DNA of 64,000 nucleotides from the NCBI GenBank assembly GCA_035288985.1, contig DATDYP010000015.1, positions 27,119-91,118 of the forward strand. Direction: 5' to 3'. This document shows, piece by piece, positions 1 to 8,920 of the stretch. The translations under genes were made by a program, and so were the position numbers. The notes under the pieces were generated by a model. It did not search any database. It was not told where the DNA came from and saw only the letters and a list, made by a program, of their open reading frames with translations. The stretch is from Candidatus Nanoarchaeia archaeon. Its GTDB lineage: Archaea; Nanobdellota; Nanobdellia; Woesearchaeales; GW2011-AR9. The number at the start of each line of letters is the position of its first letter. Position 1 is the first letter of the stretch.

Positions 1-61
1 TAATTAAACCTGTGCATCAGACTAATCAGAAATGCACCAGCCATAATCATTCTCTAAGCAA

Positions 62-73
62 CCTTTATATACA
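62..73 (+). promoter_or_regulatory. Archaeal TATA-box-like element (CCTTTATATACA) upstream of ORF 94
   Basis: CTTTATATAC ends about 22 nt before the ATG at 94. The same CTTTATA(A/T)A word recurs upstream of many genes and tRNAs in this window. Confidence 0.5.
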
Positions 74-93
74 TAAAAACATTCATTTGCAGT

Positions 94-2253
94 ATGGTTG
101 AGTTCGGCACAGGATACTTCATGCCTATGGATAGGGAGTATGGAAACACAGAGATAGCTCACGGCCATACTCATGCCCATGATGCAAATCCAAGCAGCGG
201 TTCTACTAATGATGTGGGTATCGGTATCAGTGATATAGGGATGAGTCTAGCTGTCGGTCCCGTTCCCAATGTTCCGGCTATCGGCGCTAAGTTGCGTGCC
301 GGTATGAAAACCTTGGAAATTGGCTTTACGGGAGCGGGAAAGGGGTCAGGACAGCAGCAGACACCTGAATTTTACGGAAAGAAGCAGAGGGAAGCATTGG
401 TAGAGATGGGAAGAGCCAATGAAGTTAATTTTACCACTCACGCTTCCTTCGGCGTGCAGGGTTTAGCCGGGATGGATCAGCAGGGCAATTTCTCTAAATC
501 TAGTAAGAATTTCTCATTGCAGGAGATTAAAAGGGCTGTCGAGTTCGCTGCCGATGTTGCTAATGGCGGGCCGATTGTCGTCCATACTGGAGAATTTCAG
601 CGGCCGATCACGGGAACTGAATGGAATACCCAAGGAGAGTATGCCAACAAGTTCAGGATGTATGAGCATGAGGAAGAACGGGAAACATACAGGGTTGTAG
701 ATGCACGGACAGGCGGCGTTATCCAAGAAGCGCGAAAGAACAGGAAAGTCTCCCGACCGGTATGGAAGCGTTATGAAGAACAGGATGATTTCTGGAAAGA
801 AAACAAGGGGAAAGAGTATAAAGACGAGTTTGACCAAACGGTCAAAAAAGGTGACTACATCGATTATATCGGCAACAAAGTTGATCCAGCCAAGCGCGTT
901 CCTGTCTTTGACAAAGTTTCAGGACATTTCATAGTAAAGCAGTACGATTGGGATGATCTGCAGAAAGAGGCTAAGGAAATGACGGAACGGGCGAGGACGG
1001 AATATGAGCGCTGGGATAAATTATCAGAGAATGAGAAGAAAGATTCGATCTGGCGGGAGCGGGTTCTGGCCGCCAAAAAAACAGGATTAGGGAAAAGTGA
1101 TATTGAAGTGAAACCGGAAGAAGCGTATATCATTGCTACTCTGGAAACAAACGCCGGACACGCCCGTGGATGGGCTTTACAGTACGGCGGGGACTTTGAC
1201 GAAGAAGTCAAGTTGTTTAAAAAATTGAAAGAAGCCAAGAAGTTTTATGAAAAGATCGAAGAGGAAACCGATCCCAAAGAAAAATGGCGGCTCAAGATGC
1301 AAGCCCGCGACAGATACGGCTTAGGAGACTTAATTCCAAGCGAAACGGAATACCCGACGGAAATTATTGATAAACAAATACGGCAGCTTAACCATCGGAT
1401 GGAACAATCTCGGGAAGCTGCTTCTGCCCAGTTTGCACAGGCGGAGGAAGCCATGGAAACTATCAGGCATGTCCAAAGTGCAGAAACGTACGCATTAGAT
1501 GAGGCCTATGATTCCTATGCCCAGGCAGGAATGTTTGCCATGGAGCAGACCAATAAGCTGAAACGGCAGGGTAATTATAAAAAACCGCTGGCGATCGCTA
1601 TGGAAAACCTATTCCCGGAAAGTTACGGCGCGCATCCAGATGAGATGATCACTCTTGTTGAAAACAGCAGGAAACGGATGCAGGAGATGCTGCAGCGGCG
1701 CGGCGTGTCAGAAAATGAAGCGCGGGAAAGAGCGCAAAGCCATATTACTGCTACTTTAGATACAGGACATATCAATATCTGGCGCAAGTACTGGATCGGC
1801 GACCCTAAGAAGAAAATTGAAGAGAACGACCGGGATTTTGATGATTGGGTGGTCAAGAAAGTCGGGGAGATGGCCCAGAGGAATGTTGTCGGGCATATCC
1901 ATCTTGATGATAATTACGGGTACCATGACGATCATCTTGCTCCAGGAGAAGGCAATACCCCTATCACCAGGATGATGAGGACACTGAAAGATAATGGCTA
2001 TAAGGGCGAATTAGTGGTCGAGCCCGGTGCTGACTGGACTACTGATGTTGGAGGCTTTAGCAGCGTCATGAAAACCTGGAGATTATTTGGCAGCCCTGTC
2101 TATGGCGCAGGCGCAGGGCCGGGTGTTGGCAGCCGCGGCTGGGGACAAGTAGGTTATGGGCATTTCGGCCGTAATGAACCGCCGTATTTTATCTTTGGCG
2201 CTTATTCTCCGTCAGAAGAATGGACGTTGTGGAGCGGTGTGCCGTTGGAGTGA
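94..2253 (+). CDS. Xylose-isomerase-like TIM-barrel (sugar phosphate isomerase / AP endonuclease 2 fold) protein split by a ~350-aa charged helical insertion
   Basis: The N-terminal segment (LEIGFTGAG...TTHASF...AADVANGGPIVVHTGEF) and C-terminal segment (TLDTGHINIW...VGHIHLDDNYGYHDDHLAPGEGNTPI...GELVVEP) look like the two halves of this barrel family. About aa 180-540 between them is K/E/R-rich. The tail is G-rich (GAGAGPGVGSRGWGQVGYGHFG). Fold call by eye only. Confidence 0.5.
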   Translation: MVEFGTGYFMPMDREYGNTEIAHGHTHAHDANPSSGSTNDVGIGISDIGMSLAVGPVPNVPAIGAKLRAGMKTLEIGFTGAGKGSGQQQTPEFYGKKQREALVEMGRANEVNFTTHASFGVQGLAGMDQQGNFSKSSKNFSLQEIKRAVEFAADVANGGPIVVHTGEFQRPITGTEWNTQGEYANKFRMYEHEEERETYRVVDARTGGVIQEARKNRKVSRPVWKRYEEQDDFWKENKGKEYKDEFDQTVKKGDYIDYIGNKVDPAKRVPVFDKVSGHFIVKQYDWDDLQKEAKEMTERARTEYERWDKLSENEKKDSIWRERVLAAKKTGLGKSDIEVKPEEAYIIATLETNAGHARGWALQYGGDFDEEVKLFKKLKEAKKFYEKIEEETDPKEKWRLKMQARDRYGLGDLIPSETEYPTEIIDKQIRQLNHRMEQSREAASAQFAQAEEAMETIRHVQSAETYALDEAYDSYAQAGMFAMEQTNKLKRQGNYKKPLAIAMENLFPESYGAHPDEMITLVENSRKRMQEMLQRRGVSENEARERAQSHITATLDTGHINIWRKYWIGDPKKKIEENDRDFDDWVVKKVGEMAQRNVVGHIHLDDNYGYHDDHLAPGEGNTPITRMMRTLKDNGYKGELVVEPGADWTTDVGGFSSVMKTWRLFGSPVYGAGAGPGVGSRGWGQVGYGHFGRNEPPYFIFGAYSPSEEWTLWSGVPLE

Positions 2254-2299
2254 AGTTTCATAATAAGATTTATAAGATAGTTAGTTTCTGCTGTTTTCC

Positions 2300-2998
2300 A
2301 TGGACGATGATTATGAGATGCGGCGGTTAATGAATGCAAAAAGCGACCCTATCAGAATACTATGTCTTCAGCAAAAGATAAAGACGCGCGAAGCTCTGCT
2401 TCTGTACGATAGGGGCTGGGATAGTCTTCTCTCAGCCGCTGATGAGAACATTTTTTCTGACAAAATGCATCATTTCTTACGGGCTTATGCTTCTTTTCGG
2501 CAAGCCATCAAAACAGATCCGCAGTACGCATGTCCGAAGACCGCAATTTTTCTCACGGGTGAAATCCTTACGGAATTAGGGGTTGAAATTCAGGATTTAC
2601 CGGAGGATTTAGAATATAGAGTTTCCTTGTCAGGCAATCTCAAGGGCTGTCAAGTGTTAGCAGAGTCGTGGGAATTCTTGCAAAAATTACAATCCAGAGA
2701 ACATAAGTATGAATGCTCTGCACCTTCCGATGAACCCGGTTTGTTTAGAAGGGTTAGGGATTCTGTCCGTGATCGTGTTGTAAGCTACTCTGTCGATTGG
2801 AAGCAAGATAATGGACAAATAGATGTTGTTTCCGAGATGGAGCTAGATGATTTCGGGCTACATGTTTATGTAACTAGCTCCATGATTCAAACATCAGGCG
2901 ATCAGGCTCCTCAACGGGTGGCTATGACTGTACGAGGGGAGGGAATACCACAAAAACTTGGCGGACTTTTACGTGAGTATAATTTTAGGATGGTATAA
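2300..2998 (+). CDS. Hypothetical protein (232 aa)
   Basis: Long ORF with a TATA-like GATTTATAAGA about 30 nt upstream. No recognisable motif. Confidence 0.5.
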   Translation: MDDDYEMRRLMNAKSDPIRILCLQQKIKTREALLLYDRGWDSLLSAADENIFSDKMHHFLRAYASFRQAIKTDPQYACPKTAIFLTGEILTELGVEIQDLPEDLEYRVSLSGNLKGCQVLAESWEFLQKLQSREHKYECSAPSDEPGLFRRVRDSVRDRVVSYSVDWKQDNGQIDVVSEMELDDFGLHVYVTSSMIQTSGDQAPQRVAMTVRGEGIPQKLGGLLREYNFRMV

Positions 2999-3016
2999 AT
3001 AGGGGATGTATAATCA

Positions 3017-3901
3017 TCAATTGAGAACAACTGCTGTCCTTTGTTGTAATATGGATTGAACTATTGCTTCGAGTTCCCTTCCTTGCACGATGGGTCCTGT
3101 CGGCACTATCCCCACTACGCGCCCCTGATAAGTGTCGAGGTCGATGTGGTTAGCAACCGCAAAGGAATAGCGGTGTATTCTATCAACCGTCCAAGGCCGC
3201 ATTGTTGGTTTTCCATCTTTTGTCGTGCAGTTGAATGTTACCTTCAATAGGGTCGTACTATGCGGAAGACGTTCGCTTGCTAGCTGTAGATAGGAGGTAA
3301 GATCCTGCCCCTTGTTTAGAATATCTAAGACCTTACCAACTGTTCTGTTAGCAGGAGTCCAAACTCCATTCTTTTTAACATATCCTTGACCATTTGCTTC
3401 TTGCACTTCTTCTGTGGTCAAATGGAACACGTTCTCTTTCTGACTTTTCAACTCGTTCCAAGATCCATCGGCAAGAACCAATGCACCTTGATACAACTCA
3501 CTCTCTGCAGTAAGTTCACGAAAATGTTGAGCATCAAGAACTATCAAATGGTCTCCTCCTGTACCTGTAGTAGAGCCATCTCCTGTGAAAAAATAATTAG
3601 TTTGCCATGCTGGTCTGACATCATCTGGAGCCCCCATTCTTCGCTCAAGAACATACGCAAACGAAGCTGGAACACGAGGAACGTCAACAACATTACCAAA
3701 TATATCCTCTCCACGCAATAATCTGGGCATGTTACCTTCTATTCCACCACAAAATTCTCTATGCGGTTCGTCTAAAGCTCTGAAAACTGCTCCACCGTAA
3801 TATTTTTTAAGAACCGATTTGATCATTGCATATTCTTTACCCATTTGTTCTTGGAGTAGTGTTGGTAATCGTTCACTGTGCCCTGATAATTGCAATGTCA
3901 T
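3017..3901 (-). CDS. Hypothetical protein (294 aa)
   Basis: Long uninterrupted ORF with TTTTATAAAC upstream on the minus strand. No recognisable motif. Confidence 0.5.
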   Translation of the reverse strand: MTLQLSGHSERLPTLLQEQMGKEYAMIKSVLKKYYGGAVFRALDEPHREFCGGIEGNMPRLLRGEDIFGNVVDVPRVPASFAYVLERRMGAPDDVRPAWQTNYFFTGDGSTTGTGGDHLIVLDAQHFRELTAESELYQGALVLADGSWNELKSQKENVFHLTTEEVQEANGQGYVKKNGVWTPANRTVGKVLDILNKGQDLTSYLQLASERLPHSTTLLKVTFNCTTKDGKPTMRPWTVDRIHRYSFAVANHIDLDTYQGRVVGIVPTGPIVQGRELEAIVQSILQQRTAVVLN

Positions 3902-4374
3902 TTTTGTATCTATGATTTTTTATGATTTTTGTGCAGAAAAGAGATATTGTTTATAAAATTTTCATGTTAAATGCGATAGACTATTTAAGAGCGATGCATC
4001 ATTTAAAATAAAAAAACCGGGCATAACTTTGCACGCCGCCCGGAAAAAAGGTTTTAGAGGTGTGGTGTTTGAGGTGGTGTTTCAAGTGATACTAAATCAG
4101 CCAACAAAGGCAATTCATAAGAAGGTACGTGTTTTCTATAGAGAAGAAAGACAATCTCCTCGTCAGTCAGTCCGGATACGAAGTTTTTTAACTGATCTAC
4201 CCTTTTTAACTCGCTTATCATCTTCGATCACCCAGTTTTGGAAAGGTCATGCCAGTATATAAAGAGGTTGAAGAGTTGCTCTAGAAGGGCTGTCAGTACA
4301 TAAGCTCCATAAACTTTTTAAAGGGGCCTGTAAATTTGCTACTTAAAGGTAAGATGTAGGAGGGTGGGAACTCT

Positions 4375-5082
4375 ATGTTTCGCTTGTTTTTTACACCAGG
4401 ATGGTTTAACGGATATGATTTATTGTTTGAAGGGATCAGCCTTGTCGTTGCGCTATTGATAGCCGCGTACAGCTGGAAAGTGTACCGTCTCAATAGAGAG
4501 AACAAGTTTGCTTATTTTTCACTGGCTTTCCTGCTGGTTTCAGTAAGTCTGGCTGTCAGCATCTTTGCCAGCGGCGTCTTATATTCCTTCCCAGTGCGGG
4601 AAACTGTCGCACAAGTGCTTTCTCCTGTCACAGGCGAGGGATTGCGTTACGCTGATCTGTATTACCGGATGGCCTTTTTTGCTGAAATGGCTTCCATGCT
4701 GGGCGCCTGGCTGCTGATTTTTTTAATCTCCCAAAAGCCTCGGGACAGATTAAGGAAATATTTTGAATTGAGCCAGATCGGACTATTTGTCTATTTGGTT
4801 TTGCTGATCTCCTGGGTTGCTAATTTCAGGCATGTTGTTTTTTATCTGACCAGCGCGGTCTTGTTGAGCCTGATAGTGTTGAATTACTACAAGAATTATC
4901 TTAACACTAACAGGAACAAAAATGCACGTTCAGTCATGTATGGTTTCTTCCTGATCATGGTAGGAAACCTGTTTTTCGTGTTTGTGTTCCTCAACAATAG
5001 TTTGTATGTTGCCGGACAATTGCTGGTGTTAGGGGGCTTTTTACAGCTTCTGAATACATATCGTAAAGTGGTACGAAGGTAA
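4375..5082 (+). CDS. Integral membrane protein (about 6-7 predicted TM segments)
   Basis: Alternating long hydrophobic stretches (LLFEGISLVVALLIAAY, FAYFSLAFLLVSVSLAVSIFA, LGAWLLIFLI, GLFVYLVLLISWV, and others). Confidence 0.6.
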   Translation: MFRLFFTPGWFNGYDLLFEGISLVVALLIAAYSWKVYRLNRENKFAYFSLAFLLVSVSLAVSIFASGVLYSFPVRETVAQVLSPVTGEGLRYADLYYRMAFFAEMASMLGAWLLIFLISQKPRDRLRKYFELSQIGLFVYLVLLISWVANFRHVVFYLTSAVLLSLIVLNYYKNYLNTNRNKNARSVMYGFFLIMVGNLFFVFVFLNNSLYVAGQLLVLGGFLQLLNTYRKVVRR

Positions 5083-5088
5083 ATCTAT

Positions 5089-5379
5089 ATGGGTGTACGA
5101 CGATCTCGATTGGAACTGGTCTTTGACGTACTGTTAGCTATCCAGAATAAAGGCGGGAAGATCAAGCCCACGCATCTGATGTACAAGTCAAACCTTTCTC
5201 ATAAGTTGCTGAACAGCTACCTGGAGGAGTTGCTCCTGAAGGAGTTAGTTGTGGTTGAAGAAGAGATTGTCAAGAAAAAGAAACGCGCTGCAAAAGTAGT
5301 CAAGATCACTGAGAAGGGACTGGCCTTCTTAGCTGAATTCAGAAGGATGCGAGAGTTTACCGATGCCTTTGGGTTGTGA
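5089..5379 (+). CDS. Small winged-helix DNA-binding protein (COG3432-like archaeal regulator)
   Basis: 96 aa. RLELVFDVLLAIQNKGGKIKPTHLMYKSNLSHKLLNSYLEELLLKELV...ITEKGLAFLAEF is typical of small archaeal wHTH regulators. The gene starts 7 nt after the preceding membrane-protein gene. Confidence 0.6.
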   Translation: MGVRRSRLELVFDVLLAIQNKGGKIKPTHLMYKSNLSHKLLNSYLEELLLKELVVVEEEIVKKKKRAAKVVKITEKGLAFLAEFRRMREFTDAFGL

Positions 5380-5912
5380 TGATGGGAAAAGACCAAACTC
5401 CTGATTACAGACAAACCCATTCTATGCTTATTACTATTGATGGTCAGCGGTTAGATGATCGGCTGCAAGGGAGTTCACTTACTTTTGAAGGAGCTGCTGT
5501 TGCATTTCACTCGAGGCTTGATGCTAGACTCGATCCGTTGGAGCGTTCTGGATACAAGCGCGTGTACACTGTTTATGCAAGTCCAAGTGAAAATCCTCCG
5601 CCAGCATTTGGGAATTCCATACCGTTAGATGTATTATATCACTGTTTGGGTGTTGAGGGAGTGGATGGGGAGCGTGGTGCAGATACTCTTCAATTGGTCT
5701 TTCCCAACAGTTCTCTGGTTTTTCAAGACTATAAGCGGCTCGGACTTGATGTTACTTTCCTTGGCCAAACTCCTTATATGCTCCTAGTGGAAAGAAAACC
5801 TGAAACAAATAGGCGTATCTACCATGAAGGCGAGGCATCTTTGCTACGGAAGATTGGTGTGAGTTTGAGAATTCCTAATCCTTCTAATCAGCTTCTTTCT
5901 ATAAACCATTAA
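5376..5912 (+). CDS. Hypothetical protein (178 aa)
   Basis: ORF overlaps the wHTH gene stop by 4 nt (ATGA-type coupling). No recognisable motif. Confidence 0.45.
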   Translation: MMMGKDQTPDYRQTHSMLITIDGQRLDDRLQGSSLTFEGAAVAFHSRLDARLDPLERSGYKRVYTVYASPSENPPPAFGNSIPLDVLYHCLGVEGVDGERGADTLQLVFPNSSLVFQDYKRLGLDVTFLGQTPYMLLVERKPETNRRIYHEGEASLLRKIGVSLRIPNPSNQLLSINH

Positions 5913-6417
5913 GATAGTCATCGATTGACTTTCGTGCCCGGCACAGTCTTTGTGTTGTTGCTTCTACACTAATGCCCAGAATCCTACTTATCTCTCTTGG
6001 TTTGTATCCTTCCATTGAAAGATTTAGCACTTCCAAATTGCAAGCACTAATGCTTCCTTCTGCAAAACCATCCACTAATCCTGTTAATTCTTTGTTAACA
6101 GCCTCTTGTTCCGGCGTTGGCACTCCCGAGATTATGTTCTCATCTGTTGTCTCAAGCTGTTGTTCCGGACGGTATTTCCGAAAGTAATCCATCACTTTAT
6201 GTTTTGCAATGGCGCAAATCCACCCGTACACATTTTGTACCCTGGATCCTTCAATGGATTGGAAGGCTGCTATGAACGTTTCCTGGACCAGATCTTCCGT
6301 AATATCATTATTTCTGGTTAAGCGTGAGATAAAGCTTCTAACTCTTCTATAATTCTGCGTGTAAAGATCATCAAAATTAGCCAAGCCAGCCTTTTCATAG
6401 GGATTGGATTGTTTCAT
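5899..6417 (-). CDS. ECF-type RNA polymerase sigma-70 family factor
   Basis: Region 2-like segment: DLVQETFIAAFQSI...YGWICAIAKHKVMDYFRK. Region 4 HTH-like segment: LEVLNLSMEGYKPREISRILGISVEATTQRLCRARKSI. The 172-aa length fits group-4 sigma factors. Confidence 0.75.
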   Translation of the reverse strand: MKQSNPYEKAGLANFDDLYTQNYRRVRSFISRLTRNNDITEDLVQETFIAAFQSIEGSRVQNVYGWICAIAKHKVMDYFRKYRPEQQLETTDENIISGVPTPEQEAVNKELTGLVDGFAEGSISACNLEVLNLSMEGYKPREISRILGISVEATTQRLCRARKSIDDYLNGL

Positions 6418-6446
6418 AGTCTGTTCTAGGCTTCTTTTGTTTCAGA

Positions 6447-6818
6447 TTAAGATAAAATTGTTACTTCTGGTAATTTACGAAAATCGTTATCGCAAGTGAT
6501 GAGAACTGCTGGATGTAATGCGGCACTAGCATAAATTAAAGCGTCCATGGCTCCCAATTTGTATTGCAGAGAGAGTTCTACAGCTTTATTGCTTATCTCT
6601 GCCGAGACTGGCACTATCAACATTCTCTTTTTTACAAATTCAAGTGCAGTTGTAATTTCGTTTATGTTAAATTTATCTCGTATAAGCTTTCTTTTTATTT
6701 CAAATAATGACAGGACGGAGAGATGTAAGATCTCTTTTGTCTCAAAGAGGTCTTTGTACTTGCCATGTATTAAATATTCTAACCAGACTGAAGAATCTAT
6801 AAGCTTAGAATCGGTCAT
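6447..6818 (-). CDS. vapC: PIN-domain toxin (VapC-like)
   Basis: N-terminal IDSSVWLEYL (first acidic PIN residue), C-terminal LITCDNDF, 123 aa. Overlaps the upstream antitoxin gene by 14 nt. Confidence 0.8.
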   Translation of the reverse strand: MTDSKLIDSSVWLEYLIHGKYKDLFETKEILHLSVLSLFEIKRKLIRDKFNINEITTALEFVKKRMLIVPVSAEISNKAVELSLQYKLGAMDALIYASAALHPAVLITCDNDFRKLPEVTILS

Positions 6819-7011
6819 GCTTATCTCGCAAGTCTTTCATAATCTGTTTGGAGGAATAGCCTGGACGGCTAAGATATCCAGCAAAACTTTCTTTAACAGT
6901 CGAAAAGATAATTTTTTTGATAGCTTCATCATAGGAAGCTGATTTTGTTTCTTCTTTGACTTTCTTGAGCAATTCTAAGGTGTCGTCTTGGATCTGCACG
7001 GTAGTGACCAT
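6805..7011 (-). CDS. Small antitoxin (COG1753/VapB-like) paired with the PIN toxin
   Basis: 68 aa. TVQIQDDTLELLKKVKEETKSASYDEAIKKII resembles the second antitoxin in this window (TLTITEDAYERLLKAKERDESFSEVI). Overlaps the vapC start. Confidence 0.65.
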   Translation of the reverse strand: MVTTVQIQDDTLELLKKVKEETKSASYDEAIKKIIFSTVKESFAGYLSRPGYSSKQIMKDLRDKHDRF

Positions 7012-7092
7012 GATTTATATAATTATATAGTTATATATAAATATTTCGTTCTGTTCCATCATATTTAAGTAATAATAGCATAAAATATTTCT

Positions 7093-7782
7093 GTGAAGCA
7101 AAAAACAACTGAAACCAGCAAAATAATCGTCGGCGTGGATGAAGCAGGTAGAGGGCCAGTGTTAGGGCCATTAGTCATGGCAGCGTTAGCGTTCAAAGAA
7201 GAAGATCTCAAAAAATTAGAATGGATCGGTGTTAAAGACAGCAAACTTCTCTCTCCGCAGGTGCGGGAAGAGTTATTTGAACGGATACGGGAAATTGTCC
7301 ATGATTTCCGCATCGAAGTGATTGAACCAGATGCCATCGATCTTTCCTTACGCACTGCAGAAACTAACCTGAACTGGCTGGAAGCTGAGACTTCAGCGCG
7401 GCTGGTTTCAGAACTGAATCCTGATAAAGCGATCATTGACTGTCCCAGCCCTAATCTGAAAGCCTATACAAACTATTTTTCCTCTCGGCTGAGCGAAGGC
7501 GTCAGAAAGAACGCAGAACTTGTAGTTGAGCATAAGGCAGATCTCAACTACATCGCTGTCGCTGCTGCTTCTGTGATTGCAAAAGTGATAAGGGATAGAA
7601 GCATCGACAAGATCAAAGCGGAGATCGGCATCGATTTTGGTTCTGGCTATATGTCAGATCCCAAGACGCAGGAATTCCTGCAAAAATATTACCAGCAGCA
7701 TGCTTCTCTGTTTCGCAAGAGCTGGCAGTCATACAAGAATGTTGAAGACAGCAAATTACAGAAGAAGTTAGGGGAGTTTTGA
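7093..7782 (+). CDS. rnhB: Ribonuclease HII
   Basis: VGVDEAGRGPVLGPLVMAA (DEAGRG catalytic motif), DSKLLS, HKADLNYIAVAAASVIAKVIRD. GTG start. Confidence 0.9.
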   Translation: MKQKTTETSKIIVGVDEAGRGPVLGPLVMAALAFKEEDLKKLEWIGVKDSKLLSPQVREELFERIREIVHDFRIEVIEPDAIDLSLRTAETNLNWLEAETSARLVSELNPDKAIIDCPSPNLKAYTNYFSSRLSEGVRKNAELVVEHKADLNYIAVAAASVIAKVIRDRSIDKIKAEIGIDFGSGYMSDPKTQEFLQKYYQQHASLFRKSWQSYKNVEDSKLQKKLGEF

Positions 7783-8167
7783 AGGGGTAGAAAAGATTCT
7801 AAATAATTAACGTCAACGGGATTCGCCAGGACGAATCGGAGTAAATGTTAACCCTAATTCTTTCATTTTTTTTGAAGAAAAAATTTTGGAGTAAGTTAAT
7901 TGATCGTATTGCAAATTATCTTTATATTTGTTGTACCCCCCCATTATAAATTTGATTATATTCATTACACATTGTAATGCGGAAAAAGGGTCTTTTGTTG
8001 TCAGAGCACTTCCACACGGCGAAATCAAATCAATGAACCACCATAATTTTCCCATTCGAAGCAAAAGAAATGTGTTGAAGTTTATAAACTTTAATTTTTT
8101 TCACCCTTTTGTAATCATATCTACAATTAGGAAATATTTTTATATATGCTTTGAGATTCCCGAGTTT

Positions 8168-8902
8168 ATGAATAAATTAATAGGTTTTCACAAAGAATTA
8201 GAAACTGATGAAGATATCAAAATCGAAACTCCTAATTTTACATATGTTTATGGGAAGAATAGCAGCTTACTAGGGAGTGATATGGTTGCTAAAATCTATT
8301 TGACCAATAAAAAGTTGTTATTTCTTACATTTACTGAGTTTTCTGATAAAGTTCCGCTTAATAATTGGCAAAAAGAAGCTTTGGCTTTCAGGGGCAGTAA
8401 AAAAGCAACAAACGCACTTACACAATTCATGGAGAATTTTAGTAATAATATTGGAAACGCTCAAAAATCTTTTGTTGAACTTCTGACCCAGGGTAAAGTT
8501 ACTAAACATGTGAGTCTTATTTGGTTTGAATTACCTCTTGAAGGAATGGATCGTGTTCAGGCGTCTGGAAAGGAGGTTGTAATTAAATACGAGAAACATA
8601 AAAAAAACTGGGTTGATATTTTTAGAGGCAAACCTGAGGTAAGCTTCTTAGTTGAAACTCCTGATGTGTGGAGGATACATCTTGAAGGTTTTATGAAGAA
8701 ACAAAAGGGAAACGACTTAAATTGTCCTCGTTGTGGAACAAATTATCAAAGTGGAACTGTAAAATTTGTAGATTGTTCTGGTTGCGGAGAAAAAGTATGT
8801 AGAGAAAGAGAAGTAAAAAGTATGTTCCGAAAATCATGGGAAACCACTAATTGTTTTGATGATGATGAATATTCTTGTAGGAAATGTCTAAAAAAGAAGT
8901 AA
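8168..8902 (+). CDS. Hypothetical protein with a C-terminal double CxxC zinc ribbon
   Basis: The tracked ORF starts at 7928, but its first 80 codons lie in an AT-rich promoter-like region (TTTTATATATGC at about 8140). An internal ATG at 8168 (MNKLIGFHKE) is preferred. C-terminus: CPRCG...CSGCGEKVC...CRKC. Confidence 0.5.
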   Translation: MNKLIGFHKELETDEDIKIETPNFTYVYGKNSSLLGSDMVAKIYLTNKKLLFLTFTEFSDKVPLNNWQKEALAFRGSKKATNALTQFMENFSNNIGNAQKSFVELLTQGKVTKHVSLIWFELPLEGMDRVQASGKEVVIKYEKHKKNWVDIFRGKPEVSFLVETPDVWRIHLEGFMKKQKGNDLNCPRCGTNYQSGTVKFVDCSGCGEKVCREREVKSMFRKSWETTNCFDDDEYSCRKCLKKK

Positions 8903-8920
8903 AATGGTTTTATCTTACTT

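Noticed and set aside
4029-4262. 77-aa plus-strand ORF starting at TTG in the 3902-4374 intergenic region
   Set aside because: It has a TTG start, no promoter-like box, and an arginine/serine-rich low-complexity translation. A 55-codon minus-strand ORF (4054-4221, MISELKRVDQLKNFVSGLTDEEIVFLLYRKHV...) with CTTTATATAC about 30 nt upstream looks more plausible. It is too short and unsupported to list as a feature.
7928-8167. N-terminal 80 codons of the tracked ORF 7928-8902
   Set aside because: This part lies in an AT-rich, promoter-like stretch and translates to I/F/N-rich low-complexity sequence. A TATA-like box sits inside it, so the gene was started at ATG 8168.
7783-8167. 385-bp gap after rnhB, checked for tRNA or small-RNA genes, including the 83-aa minus ORF 7813-8064
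   Set aside because: Only short hairpins (GATTCG...CGAATC, ATTACA..TGTAAT) were seen. No cloverleaf could be built, and the ORF has no recognisable features.
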